In this document: piece by piece, positions 28,867-38,108 of the stretch
Position numbering within the stretch: the stretch's first letter is position 1
Layout: every line of letters begins with the position of its first letter
Assembly: GCA_050293845.1 (NCBI GenBank)
Contig: JBNKNM010000031.1
Coordinates: 1 to 39,645, forward strand
Direction of reading: 5' to 3'
DNA: 39,645 nt
Source: Pseudobacteriovorax sp.
GTDB taxonomy: Bacteria > Bdellovibrionota_B > Oligoflexia > Oligoflexales > Oligoflexaceae
Made by a program: the position numbers and the translations under genes
The notes under the pieces: model-generated
What the model was told of the DNA's origin: nothing
The model's database searches: none
What the model saw: only the letters and a program-made list of their open reading frames with translations

Positions 28867-29711
28867 GACAAATTCCTAATAAAAAACACGCTGGCTCCAC
28901 TAGGCAGCACCCGCCCCCCTAACTGTTCCGGAATCACCATTTCCTCAAGGAGATAGTCCCCTCTAATATCTAGCACGACTTCCTGAAGATTGTTTTTCAT
29001 TGCTAGCGGGGTGTAGCCAGGTGAATGGGAGCTCAAGAGTATAAAGCGAAAGTCCTCATGCAGGATTTGCCGAATATCATCAAGGAGTAAAGGCAAGTGC
29101 TCCTCAATTTTCCAAACCTCGTTTTTGCTACCGCGGCCAAAGCTCGGAGGATCTAAGATAATCCCATGATACTTACGACCGCGCTTAACCTCCCGCGCTA
29201 TGAATTTGCGTGCGTCATCAACAATCCAGCGGATCGGGTGCTGATCAAGGTGGTTCAAGGCCGCATTTTCACGAGCCCAGGCCACACTGGTCTTGGAGGC
29301 ATCTAGATGCACTACATTAGCTCCCCCCAAGGCTGCTGCCAAGGTTGAACCACCGGTGTAGGCAAATAAATTGATAATATCGAGCCCCGGTTTGGCCAGT
29401 TGACGGATGCGCTGCCAATTAGCGGCCTGCTCTGCAAAAACTCCCAGGTGCCCGAATTCTGTCCTCTTTAAGCTTAGAGCAATATCCTCAAGCTTTATTT
29501 GCCAGCTTTCGGGAAGTTCCTTATTATGCAGCACCCATTTGCCATCGCCACCAGAGTATCGGTTAAAGCGCGCATCAATATTTTGCCACTCATCTTGTCC
29601 AAGCTTCGGCCGCCATACAGCCTGAGGTGAAGGTCTGACAAAGCGATAGGGGCCAATCTGCTCCAGCTTTTCAAAATTTCCTGAGTCAATTAATCTATAC
29701 TTATCATTCAT
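28860..29711 (-). CDS. Class I SAM-dependent methyltransferase, RlmI/RlmK-related
   Basis: NLFAYTGG and IILDPPSFG motifs, GHLGVFAEQ. Start taken at MNDKYRL; GTG 29741 is also possible. Confidence 0.85.
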   Translation of the reverse strand: MNDKYRLIDSGNFEKLEQIGPYRFVRPSPQAVWRPKLGQDEWQNIDARFNRYSGGDGKWVLHNKELPESWQIKLEDIALSLKRTEFGHLGVFAEQAANWQRIRQLAKPGLDIINLFAYTGGSTLAAALGGANVVHLDASKTSVAWARENAALNHLDQHPIRWIVDDARKFIAREVKRGRKYHGIILDPPSFGRGSKNEVWKIEEHLPLLLDDIRQILHEDFRFILLSSHSPGYTPLAMKNNLQEVVLDIRGDYLLEEMVIPEQLGGRVLPSGASVFFIRNLSC

Positions 29712-29749
29712 ACCAAAACCTGAGTGCGGCTCAAAGGCCACACAAAATT

Positions 29750-30856
29750 CTAAAATGTCATCGGCTCGTAGTTCAGCCCCAAAGCATCGGCGACCGCACC
29801 ATAAGTAACCTTTCCTCCGTAAGTATTTAGACCAGCTAATAATGCCCGGTCTTCCTGTAAGGCTTTGTCAAAACCTTTGTTGGCAAGGTCCATAGCATAT
29901 TTAAGGGTTACATTTGTGAGAGCATAGGTAGAGGTTTTAGGAACATCTCCAGGAATATTGGTAACCCCATAGTGAATGATATTTTCATCGAGAAACACAG
30001 GATTATCGTGAGTTGTAGGTTTAATTGTTTCAATGCACCCTCCCTGATCGATAGCGACATCAACCACAGCTGAATGTTTTTCCATGGACCGCACCATCTC
30101 TCGGGTTACCAGTCGTGGCGCTTTTGCACCAGCAATCAAAACCGCTCCCACGACAAGATCTGACTCAAGAACAGCGTTGCCAATATTCTCGGGGTTGGAC
30201 ATTAGCGTATCGATATCGGTACCAAAAATATCGTCCAAATAGGCCAGTCTGGCGGCACTAACATCGAGGATTGTTACCCGGGCCCCCAATCCTATAGCCA
30301 TCTTTGCTGCATTAATTCCCACGACACCCCCACCGATGATGGTGACACGCCCCCGACGCACACCGGGAACACCTCCCAATAGAAGGCCTTTACCTCCTCG
30401 ATGCTTCTGCAAACATTGGGCTCCCACTTGCACCGACATGCGGCCAGCCACCTCGCTCATTGGTGTTAATAGAGGTAGGGCACCATTATCCAATTGGATA
30501 GTTTCATAGGCGATAGCAGATACCTTTCGCTTCACCAGCTCATGGCCTAGATCTTGGGCAGCTGCCAAATGCAGGTAAGTATAGAGAATTTGCCCCTCTC
30601 GCATCAAAGGAAACTCCTGAGCGATAGGCTCTTTTACCTTTATGATCATATCTGCATCCGCCCAAACAGTGGCAGCCTGGTCTATGATCACTGCACCAGC
30701 AGCTCTATAGTCTTCATCACGTATACCAGCCCCTTCGCCTGCTTCCTTCTGGATCAGAACTTTATGCCCGGCATCTGTGAGCATTTTCACGCCGCCTGGA
30801 ACAGCAGCAACTCTGTTCTCCCTATTTTTGACTTCCTTGGGAACCCCGATAATCAT
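29750..30856 (-). CDS. ald: Alanine dehydrogenase
   Basis: [39 protein letters not shown] and DVAIDQGGC motifs; start moved to ATG 30856. Confidence 0.97.
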   Translation of the reverse strand: MIIGVPKEVKNRENRVAAVPGGVKMLTDAGHKVLIQKEAGEGAGIRDEDYRAAGAVIIDQAATVWADADMIIKVKEPIAQEFPLMREGQILYTYLHLAAAQDLGHELVKRKVSAIAYETIQLDNGALPLLTPMSEVAGRMSVQVGAQCLQKHRGGKGLLLGGVPGVRRGRVTIIGGGVVGINAAKMAIGLGARVTILDVSAARLAYLDDIFGTDIDTLMSNPENIGNAVLESDLVVGAVLIAGAKAPRLVTREMVRSMEKHSAVVDVAIDQGGCIETIKPTTHDNPVFLDENIIHYGVTNIPGDVPKTSTYALTNVTLKYAMDLANKGFDKALQEDRALLAGLNTYGGKVTYGAVADALGLNYEPMTF

Positions 30857-30923
30857 ATTAGCCCTCAAATGGATGTGTATGTGAAAGTGGTCTGAGACCA
30901 AATCGTTATTACGATACTGAAAC

Positions 30924-31688
30924 TCACAGGTCAATTACCATTCCGTCGTAGGCTAAGCTCCTGCCGGGAGGCAGCTCTTGGGAATGCTTCAAATAGCTGA
31001 CTTCATGGGATAAATGGGTAATCACACCTTCTTTTACCTGCAAACTATCAAAAAGTTCCAAGGTCTCGGGGATGACACTGTGTGTTCCATGGGTGCGGAA
31101 ATGAATGCCACTAGCCACCATGACATCTATCTTACCCCTCCATCGATCAATATCCGCAGCCGTAAACTTTTTAAAATCGGTTGCGTAGGCAAAGCTTCCG
31201 ATGCGCAGCGCACAGGTGCGCACATTGCCATGTTCTAGGGTTAGAGTATCAACAGGCAGACCGGCAACAGTGATTTGACTTTGATCTATGGGGTGGATTT
31301 CCACTTCCGGAGTAGCTCCGTGATAGCCAGTAGGGGAGAAGGCATAGGCAAACCTAGTGCGCAGCTCCTCTTCATATTCTGGCAAGAGATGCACAGGAAG
31401 CTTTTGCTTAGAGTGAAACCAAAATGCCCGCAAATCATCAAAACCCGCACTGTGGTCAGCATGAAGATGGGTGTAAATGACAGCATCAACCCGATCAATT
31501 TGCGCCGCAACCAACTGTAAACGCATTTCTGGCGAGGTATCTACTAGTATACGGCTCCCCTCCACCTCAATCAACACCGACGCCCGCGTACGTTTGTCCT
31601 TAGTATCCTGACTTCTACATACAGAGCACTTGCAGCCAATGACGGGAACACCTGTCGAAGTCCCCGAACCTAGGATCTGAACTTTCAC
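30924..31688 (-). CDS. Metallo-beta-lactamase-fold hydrolase, PhnP-like phosphodiesterase
   Basis: [22 protein letters not shown] and THLSH motifs; GTG 31688 with AAGGAG SD. Confidence 0.92.
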   Translation of the reverse strand: MKVQILGSGTSTGVPVIGCKCSVCRSQDTKDKRTRASVLIEVEGSRILVDTSPEMRLQLVAAQIDRVDAVIYTHLHADHSAGFDDLRAFWFHSKQKLPVHLLPEYEEELRTRFAYAFSPTGYHGATPEVEIHPIDQSQITVAGLPVDTLTLEHGNVRTCALRIGSFAYATDFKKFTAADIDRWRGKIDVMVASGIHFRTHGTHSVIPETLELFDSLQVKEGVITHLSHEVSYLKHSQELPPGRSLAYDGMVIDL

Positions 31689-31940
31689 ACATGGACTCCT
31701 TTGTATGCCGTTTTTGTATCCAAAGGACGCAACGCCCTTACGACCAGAGACTGTATACTGTAACCTATTCACCAAGGCTTGAATCCCATTTTTGGGTAAA
31801 AAATCAAACTAACTCGTACCTTGGATTACTGGCAACAGAACAGGAACCTAAAAGCATCAGGAAAAGAGCTCTGGATTCATCAATGAGAATTGCTTTTTTA
31901 TCGCAATAACATCAAGTCAAGTATTAGTTCAGATATGGAG

Positions 31941-32753
31941 TTACAGGGCTTTGAGTAGACCCAAAGAAATACCGGTATTAAAGGAGCTATGAAGATATAA
32001 GAACTCAAGATTTACCATAGGAAAAAAGCTGTTCCATGGATAGATAATGGATGCTTCTCCTCGCGCCATAAAAATCATGCCTTCTGTAATCCGATCGTTA
32101 AGAATGCTAGCGGGATCATAATCACCTCCCAGCTTTACGGTGGCATTGGCGAGCCCCAGATCCAAGCCAAGGCGAAATGAGAATAATTCATTGGGAAACA
32201 AAACTTGTGCGACACCTGCTGACAAACCTAACACCGACAGATCTACAGTGGTATTAGCCACCCTCTGCAACTTGGCCGAGGCTTCTCCATTTCCTGCAAG
32301 ATAGTTGAGCTTAAAAGCAAAATAAGTCAACTGTTCCCACTCAAGGGCGTACTGGGCCTCGATAAAATTAGCTACAAACCCATCACCTATACCCATCGAG
32401 TAGACACCAAATTTTCCACCCACCATGGTATCAGCATAGGTTTTCAAAAACTTAAAGTACTGTTCCGGGGTTTTAGCTTCCCGGTCGGAAATGATCTCAG
32501 CTCTGTGGGAACGTAGTATCCTTGTATAGGAATGGGTAATTTTAAAGGTGCGCGCTGTACCAACAATCTTGATAACCTCACCTATGGCAACAACAAAGCC
32601 ATCACTGGTAAAAATACCAATTTTATCTCCAATCGTAATACGCCTATTTTTAATTTCACAGATGGTTTGATCATCGTTGCACCGGATAAAACTATCTTGT
32701 GCCATCACGAAGCTAGAAGTTAATGTCATGATAAGCATGATCAAGGACTTCAA
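31941..32753 (-). CDS. Hypothetical exported protein, possible C-terminal beta-barrel
   Basis: TTG start with AGGGAG SD, signal peptide ending VMA-QD, amphipathic beta-strand pattern in the C-terminal half. Confidence 0.7.
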   Translation of the reverse strand: MKSLIMLIMTLTSSFVMAQDSFIRCNDDQTICEIKNRRITIGDKIGIFTSDGFVVAIGEVIKIVGTARTFKITHSYTRILRSHRAEIISDREAKTPEQYFKFLKTYADTMVGGKFGVYSMGIGDGFVANFIEAQYALEWEQLTYFAFKLNYLAGNGEASAKLQRVANTTVDLSVLGLSAGVAQVLFPNELFSFRLGLDLGLANATVKLGGDYDPASILNDRITEGMIFMARGEASIIYPWNSFFPMVNLEFLYLHSSFNTGISLGLLKAL

Positions 32754-32790
32754 AAGTTAGGCTCCCTTTTGCTAAAAATACCGAAACTAC

Positions 32791-33252
32791 CTACTCTAGT
32801 TTATCATTTTTAGTAATTTCTTGGAGTCGATTTCTGACTTCCTCATCCATTTCTAGAATATCATAGGAGTGCTGTGTGGTTCCGGCATAAAGCTGAAAGG
32901 CCTTGTTATACAGAATTCTGTTGGGACCGGGGCTCATTTTTCTAAGGATAACAGGAAGGGAAAGCCAATCGGATTTAGCCCGCAAGACTTGCGGTGCCAC
33001 CCGAGCCACCACAAGCCTCGATTCTAAGTTCTGAGATTTTAGTGGCTTATCTAAAACCTCTAAAATCTCTATCCCCTCAGTAATCATCATCGTTTCAGCA
33101 ATCAGTTGCGTGATAGAGATTCGTATATCCTTCGATCTATCTACAGTGCGACTTAGTCCATAGAAGTCACCATCATCTGAAGGAAAACGCAAGATTTCCT
33201 TGCGATCGAGACATCCCACTAAAAGAGTCACATGGCTGCTGTATTCTTCCAT
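32791..33252 (-). CDS. Hypothetical protein
   Basis: 153-aa ORF starting 7 nt after the mglA-like stop; no recognised family motif. Confidence 0.75.
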   Translation of the reverse strand: MEEYSSHVTLLVGCLDRKEILRFPSDDGDFYGLSRTVDRSKDIRISITQLIAETMMITEGIEILEVLDKPLKSQNLESRLVVARVAPQVLRAKSDWLSLPVILRKMSPGPNRILYNKAFQLYAGTTQHSYDILEMDEEVRNRLQEITKNDKLE

Positions 33253-33259
33253 AATTTTC

Positions 33260-33838
33260 CTAACTTTTGGCTAGACTATCTAGAACTTGCTTACTGATTT
33301 GCTGCAGCGTTTCCATGGTTCCCACCGACTTCAAAGCTGAGGCCTCAATATCCACAACCCCCCCTGAATTGAATTCTTGACGCAGGGTAGCAAGAGAAAC
33401 GGACTCACCATGATCTCGTTTGTTATATTGGAGAACTCGCGGCAAGGTTACCATATTATAGCCCTCTCGGCTGAGAATTTCTTTAACTTCATGCCAATGA
33501 TTAATATTCTCTCTCATGGCGCTCATGCGACTGTCGAACACAAATACAAAGCCATCAATCCCCTTCAACATTACAGTCCTAACCGACTCATAAAGGGGGT
33601 TTGCAGGGAGGGTAAACAAGTGAAGTTTGATATGAAAATCTTTGAGGTGTCCTAAGCTAATGGGGATAAACTCGTAAAAAGGAGCTTGATCCATTTCCAG
33701 CTCAAAATGCTTATCAGGCAACTTACTCTTGCTTTGTTGGTAGATAGATTGAAAGTTTGCCGTCTTACCTGCACCCTTAGCGCCAAAGTACAGCACTTTG
33801 CAATTGATTTCCTTTGTTTCCATATTAGCAAAGGCCAT
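33260..33838 (-). CDS. mglA: MglA-family small Ras-like GTPase with degenerate switch regions
   Basis: EINCKVLYFG...GKT, LKGIDG.VFV.DS and QYNKRD are collinear with Myxococcus MglA; switch I/II residues are substituted. Confidence 0.85.
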   Translation of the reverse strand: MAFANMETKEINCKVLYFGAKGAGKTANFQSIYQQSKSKLPDKHFELEMDQAPFYEFIPISLGHLKDFHIKLHLFTLPANPLYESVRTVMLKGIDGFVFVFDSRMSAMRENINHWHEVKEILSREGYNMVTLPRVLQYNKRDHGESVSLATLRQEFNSGGVVDIEASALKSVGTMETLQQISKQVLDSLAKS

Positions 33839-33861
33839 ACATCTACTCTCTGGTTCCGTGA

Positions 33862-35898
33862 TTATAGTTCCACAGATTCAATTGTACCATCAAACACATG
33901 GAGAGCTTCAACAGTAATTGGATGGTGCTCCAGCTCTAAGCGCTGTTTTTTCCGCTGTTCTTCTTCCTCTTTTTTGCGAGTATCTAGCAATGACTCTTGC
34001 ACTGTCACATCGTCATCAAGGTCACTGCTGGCATCTGTAGCCTCCACCACAAGCTGCCCTTTAAATCCAAACATTTCGGCAAGGCCGTCACATACCTTCT
34101 TTTTGTTATCCACATGGAGCAGCTTCCCTCCCCCCATACTTTTGGGGTCAACGGCAACCCGTATCAGCTTGGCATTAAAGGATAGAGGAATCGTCTCTTC
34201 CAGCATGCGACCCTGAAGGGGTTTTACCTGCTTCCAGGTTTCCACCACCTCTCGCCAACTGGCGGGGAGAACCTGCGGTCGTGACGCATGATCTGAAGCG
34301 GGAGCGACAGCAGGGACGTTTCCTGAGGTTCTTACCGACTGAATCTGTGAATGCGCTGCGGGTTGGTCCTGCTGCGGCTTGTCTTCCTCAAGATTGTCCT
34401 TAGGCACTGTTGGGGCAAAAGGTTTCTTCTGCAACTCTTTCGCACTTTCTTGGGCTTTTTCCGGCTTCGCGACACTAGACTGTATATCTGGTGGACGTAC
34501 ATCCTGCTGCTGTGAGACACGAGATGGCTGTATATCTGGACGTGCATCCTGCTGCTGTGAGTCACAGGATGGCTGTATATCTGGACGTGTATCCTGCTGC
34601 TGCGGTGCAGCGTTTGCAACTTTGCTGCCGCTATGCTCTTTGATATTAGCTTTCCAGAGATCAGTAAGCTTAGCACCGGATGAGGAGCGCTCGGTCCTAA
34701 TAGCAGGAGCGGAAGCCTCTTTTTGGGGTTTACTCCCCCCCTGCTCCGTCATAGAATTACCAGAAAAAAACCGCTTTAGCTCCTCCACATCGGGAAGTCC
34801 GGGGTCGAGACACCACTCCAGCACATTATTTTCGACTATAAATCGATCCAGCTCAGAGCCATCAAGATCCTTACGGCAACGCACCAGAACCCTAAAAATA
34901 CGGTTAAGATCTAAAGGTTTTGCCTCCTGCACCAGGATTTCAAGTTGCTCCTGTTCACTGGGAGCTAAACCCAACAGAGCCATGTCTATGGCGTTGCGTC
35001 CGAGCTCCTTTAGCACGAAGGCATGCCTTGAAAGCTTGGCCACATCTTCGATAGCGCTAGCAAATGAGATGCCTTTCTTATCCCAAGCCTCAATCGTTCC
35101 CAACAAGCTGCTTTGGTCACGCTGTACGCAGCCCTGCAAAAACTCCACAAAAGTCTGAGAGGATGCCGCATTGATAAGGTTATTCACAATCTCTGCTTGT
35201 ACTTCACCATCCCCCAACGCTATGACCTGGTCAAGAAAGGTTAGGGCATCGCGCATAGAGCCTTTACCCTCTTTGGCAATGGTGATCAAGGCATGTTCAT
35301 CGTAAGATATGGACTCTGCATCAAGGATTTCCTTGATTCTATTGGCGGTGATTGCCGCTGTAAGGTGCTTTAAATGGAATACTTGACAGCGACTGAGCAC
35401 CGTCTCCGGTACTTTTCCTAGTTCTGTGGTCGCAAATACAAATATGACATGCTCAGGTGGTTCTTCCAGGGTCTTCAGTAAGGCATTGAAGGCACTTTGA
35501 GACAGCATGTGAACTTCGTCTATGATGTAGACTTTATAGGGGGACCGCTGTGGCACATACTCCAAAGTTTCCTGCAAGGCACGGATGTCTTCCACCCCCG
35601 TATTGGATGCACCATCAATTTCTAGAACATCTTCGTGTATGCCTTGATTGACCGCTAGACAGCTATCACACTGGTTGCATGGATCAGCTGATGTTGAACT
35701 TAACTCACAATTAAGTGCCTTCGCATAAAGCCGTGCAGCAGTCGTCTTGCCAACCCCGCGTACCCCAGAAAAAACAACACCTTGTGGGGCTCGGTGTAAG
35801 CGAATGGCGTTTGCTAAAGCTGTAGTTACAGCATCTTGGCCTACCATATCCTGAAATCTTTGGGGACGGTATTTGCGAGCTAGTGATTGATATGACAA
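33862..35898 (-). CDS. dnaX: DNA polymerase III subunit gamma/tau
   Basis: LARKYRP, GVRGVGKTT, C4 zinc module, DEVHML and SRC motifs. True start is TTG 35898 behind GGGAGGT; the longer ORF call runs into the SRP RNA. Confidence 0.96.
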   Translation of the reverse strand: MSYQSLARKYRPQRFQDMVGQDAVTTALANAIRLHRAPQGVVFSGVRGVGKTTAARLYAKALNCELSSTSADPCNQCDSCLAVNQGIHEDVLEIDGASNTGVEDIRALQETLEYVPQRSPYKVYIIDEVHMLSQSAFNALLKTLEEPPEHVIFVFATTELGKVPETVLSRCQVFHLKHLTAAITANRIKEILDAESISYDEHALITIAKEGKGSMRDALTFLDQVIALGDGEVQAEIVNNLINAASSQTFVEFLQGCVQRDQSSLLGTIEAWDKKGISFASAIEDVAKLSRHAFVLKELGRNAIDMALLGLAPSEQEQLEILVQEAKPLDLNRIFRVLVRCRKDLDGSELDRFIVENNVLEWCLDPGLPDVEELKRFFSGNSMTEQGGSKPQKEASAPAIRTERSSSGAKLTDLWKANIKEHSGSKVANAAPQQQDTRPDIQPSCDSQQQDARPDIQPSRVSQQQDVRPPDIQSSVAKPEKAQESAKELQKKPFAPTVPKDNLEEDKPQQDQPAAHSQIQSVRTSGNVPAVAPASDHASRPQVLPASWREVVETWKQVKPLQGRMLEETIPLSFNAKLIRVAVDPKSMGGGKLLHVDNKKKVCDGLAEMFGFKGQLVVEATDASSDLDDDVTVQESLLDTRKKEEEEQRKKQRLELEHHPITVEALHVFDGTIESVEL
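34480..34602. repeat. In-frame 45-bp tandem repeat (about 3 copies) in the DnaX linker
   Basis: Units start at 34480, 34528 and 34573 (ctgtatatctgg..acgt..atcctgctgctg), encoding QQQDxRPDIQPSxxS; one copy has a 3-nt insertion. Confidence 0.92.
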
Positions 35899-35920
35899 GT
35901 TTACCTCCCGAAATAACGAA

Positions 35921-36039
35921 AGCGCAAAGTGATAGCTAGATGACCTAGACACCTACTCACAGCTACTACCGTTGCTACCTTCCGGTCCTGGCGGATTCAT
36001 AGAGAAGCATCATCTAGGATCTAGCTATCACTTTGCGCT
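35921..36039 (-). ncRNA. ffs: Signal recognition particle RNA (small bacterial type)
   Basis: Helix-8 signature GCCAGGACC-GGAA-GGTAGCAACGG inside one long hairpin, in the usual position upstream of dnaX; ends approximate. Confidence 0.92.
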
Positions 36040-36075
36040 CTTTTGTGCAAAGCCTCGTCAAAGCTAGTATTCCTC

Positions 36076-36165
36076 TGGCGGAGAGAGAGGGATTCGAACC
36101 CTCGAAGCAGTTTCCCACTTACACGCGTTCCAGGCGTGCGCCTTCAACCACTCGGCCACCTCTCC
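36076..36165 (-). tRNA. tRNA-Ser(GGA)
   Basis: Anticodon arm CACGC-CTGGAAC-GCGTG, long variable arm, ends GCCA. Confidence 0.97.
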
Positions 36166-36204
36166 TGAGACGGACTTATCACTCCCATTAAGAAAGCGGG
36201 GCTG

Positions 36205-36233
36205 ACGCTAAATACTTTTAGCTATAAAGTCAA
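36205..36233 (-). promoter_or_regulatory. Putative sigma70 promoter of tRNA-Ser/ffs/dnaX
   Basis: TTGACT-17 nt-TAGCGT followed by GC-rich CAGCCCCGC. Confidence 0.55.
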
Positions 36234-36317
36234 GAATATTTTGCTTGATAGCTTCGCTGTGACTTCTAATATATTCCATTAGAGCATGCTTTCCTATTAG
36301 TTTAAAAGAGGTCCCGA

Positions 36318-38081
36318 ATGCGTCTATTTTTCTTGATTTCTGCTGTTATTTTCATTTCATGCGTCTCAGCAAGGCCACCACTCACATCGCAACAGATCTA
36401 CTTAAAAAACAAAACACCTCACCTACGCCAAGAACTCATAGCTAAAGGTGCTAGGGGTATGGTTGTCGCTGCCCACCCCTTGGCCTCCGCAGCCGGGCAT
36501 CAAGTTCTTTTAGAGGGTGGCAACGCAGTGGATGCTGCCGTTGCCGTCTCTTTTGTTATTTCTGTCGTAAGACCTCAATCGACAGGAATCGGTGGCGGTG
36601 GGTTTCTTCTCTATTACGACCACAAAAACAAAACCACTAATGCCTACGACTTTCGTGAGGAGGCTCCTGGCGCTGCCTCTCCCCATATGTATTTAGACAA
36701 TAAGGACAACCCTAAAGATTTTATTTATCAAGGCAAAACGATAAAGAACGCCTCGCTCAATGGACATTTGGCAGTAGGGGTACCAGGATTAGTACGGGGC
36801 ATCTGGGACATTCACAAAAAACACGGCAAGCTCCCTTGGAAGCGTTTGCTGCAACCCGCCATCGCCATCGCTCGTTCAGGGTTCCCAGTCTACTCTAGCT
36901 TGGCTAAATCGATCCAAAGACGTAAGAAGGTCCTAGAACACTTTGAAGATAGTTCAAAAATATTCCTTCCCGGCGGCAAACCGCTCCAGGAGGGTGAGCT
37001 GCTACTTCAAACCGATCTGGCAAAAACTCTAGAAGTCATCGCCAGCAAGGGGGCCTCAGCATATTATCAAGGCTGGATCAGCAAGCAAATCGTTGCGGAA
37101 ATGAAGCGTGGGGGTGGCATCATAACAGCAGAGGATCTCGCAGGATATCAGACCAAACTTCGAGAACCTATCCGCAGCCCCTACCAAGATTTAGAAATCA
37201 TATCGATGCCACCACCTTCTTCAGGCGGGGTTCATATCGCACAGATTCTCAATATTTTAGAAGGATATGACCTAAGCTCCTATGATTTCCAATCACCGGC
37301 TTATATCAATCTCTTAGTAGAAGCCATGAGGTATGCATACGCTGATAGGGCTAAGCATTTAGGCGATCCTGATTTCTATAAGGTTCCGGTTAAAGGGCTT
37401 ACTAGTAAGGCATACGCCCAAGATATCCGCAAAAAAATCATTCCTGGTCATGCCGGGGACTCCAGTAAGATAGGTCCAGGTAACCCCACTCCCTATGAAT
37501 CACCTTCCACGACCCACTTTAGTATCGTAGATTCCGCAGGAAATGCGGTTTCCAGCACCCAAACCATCAACATTTCATTTGGCTCAGGTGTCGTTGCGAA
37601 AGGCACGGGAATCGTTTTAAACGACGAAATGGACGATTTCTCTAAGAAAGCCGCTACTCCCAATGCATTTGGCTTAATAGGTTATGAAGCCAATAAAGTG
37701 GTAGCTCATAAAAGAATGCTATCTTCTATGTCACCCACCCTTGTATTTGAAAATAATCACCTAGCTGCGGTTGTCGGCTCTCCTGGGGGTTCACGGATTA
37801 TCACGGCAACACTACAAACGATCCTCAATCGCTTTCAGTTTGACATGCTTCCCCAGGATGCCGTGCATGCTTCCCGCGTCCATCACCAGTGGCTACCTGA
37901 TAAACTTTTTCTTGAAGAGCGTAGTGTAAACCCCAGCATTGAAACAAGTCTCAAACAGATGGGCTATAATACTCAGGTAACCCCCTGGCCCATAGGAGAC
38001 GTTCAAGCAATTTTCAGAGAAGGTGACGTTTGGGTTGGCGTTAGCGACAGCAGAAGTGATGGCAAGCCCTACGGCTATTAG
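36318..38081 (+). CDS. ggt: Gamma-glutamyltransferase (probable lipoprotein)
   Basis: GGNAVDAAVA, GIGGGGF, autoprocessing TTHFS, LNDEMDDF, SSMSPT and GSPGGSRI motifs; signal peptide with lipobox-like Cys. Confidence 0.97.
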   Translation: MRLFFLISAVIFISCVSARPPLTSQQIYLKNKTPHLRQELIAKGARGMVVAAHPLASAAGHQVLLEGGNAVDAAVAVSFVISVVRPQSTGIGGGGFLLYYDHKNKTTNAYDFREEAPGAASPHMYLDNKDNPKDFIYQGKTIKNASLNGHLAVGVPGLVRGIWDIHKKHGKLPWKRLLQPAIAIARSGFPVYSSLAKSIQRRKKVLEHFEDSSKIFLPGGKPLQEGELLLQTDLAKTLEVIASKGASAYYQGWISKQIVAEMKRGGGIITAEDLAGYQTKLREPIRSPYQDLEIISMPPPSSGGVHIAQILNILEGYDLSSYDFQSPAYINLLVEAMRYAYADRAKHLGDPDFYKVPVKGLTSKAYAQDIRKKIIPGHAGDSSKIGPGNPTPYESPSTTHFSIVDSAGNAVSSTQTINISFGSGVVAKGTGIVLNDEMDDFSKKAATPNAFGLIGYEANKVVAHKRMLSSMSPTLVFENNHLAAVVGSPGGSRIITATLQTILNRFQFDMLPQDAVHASRVHHQWLPDKLFLEERSVNPSIETSLKQMGYNTQVTPWPIGDVQAIFREGDVWVGVSDSRSDGKPYGY

Positions 38082-38108
38082 AAAAAGCAAGCGGCCATAG
38101 CCGCTTTT
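38082..38108. terminator. Bidirectional intrinsic terminator between convergent ggt and sucA
   Basis: AAGCGGC-CATA-GCCGCTT hairpin flanked by A and T tracts. Confidence 0.75.

Noticed and set aside
34480..34602. Repeat array as a possible mini-CRISPR
   Set aside because: Units are contiguous 45-bp in-frame coding repeats without unique spacers, and no cas genes are present.
33862..35000. Programmed -1 frameshift site producing DnaX gamma (E. coli-type A AAA AAG)
   Set aside because: The AAAAAAG near 33969-33975 is in the wrong phase (CGC AAA AAA GAG) and near the C-terminus; the T7 run near 34764-34770 is also not in X XXY YYZ phase.
34332..35158. Alternative-frame ORFs of 114 aa (minus) and 259 aa (plus) with repeats
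   Set aside because: Shadows of the dnaX low-complexity linker and tandem repeat; no independent coding signal.
35899..35952. N-terminal extension of the DnaX ORF (MSRSSSYHF...)
   Set aside because: It overlaps the SRP RNA; a strong SD precedes TTG 35898, which gives the canonical MSYQSLARKYRP start.
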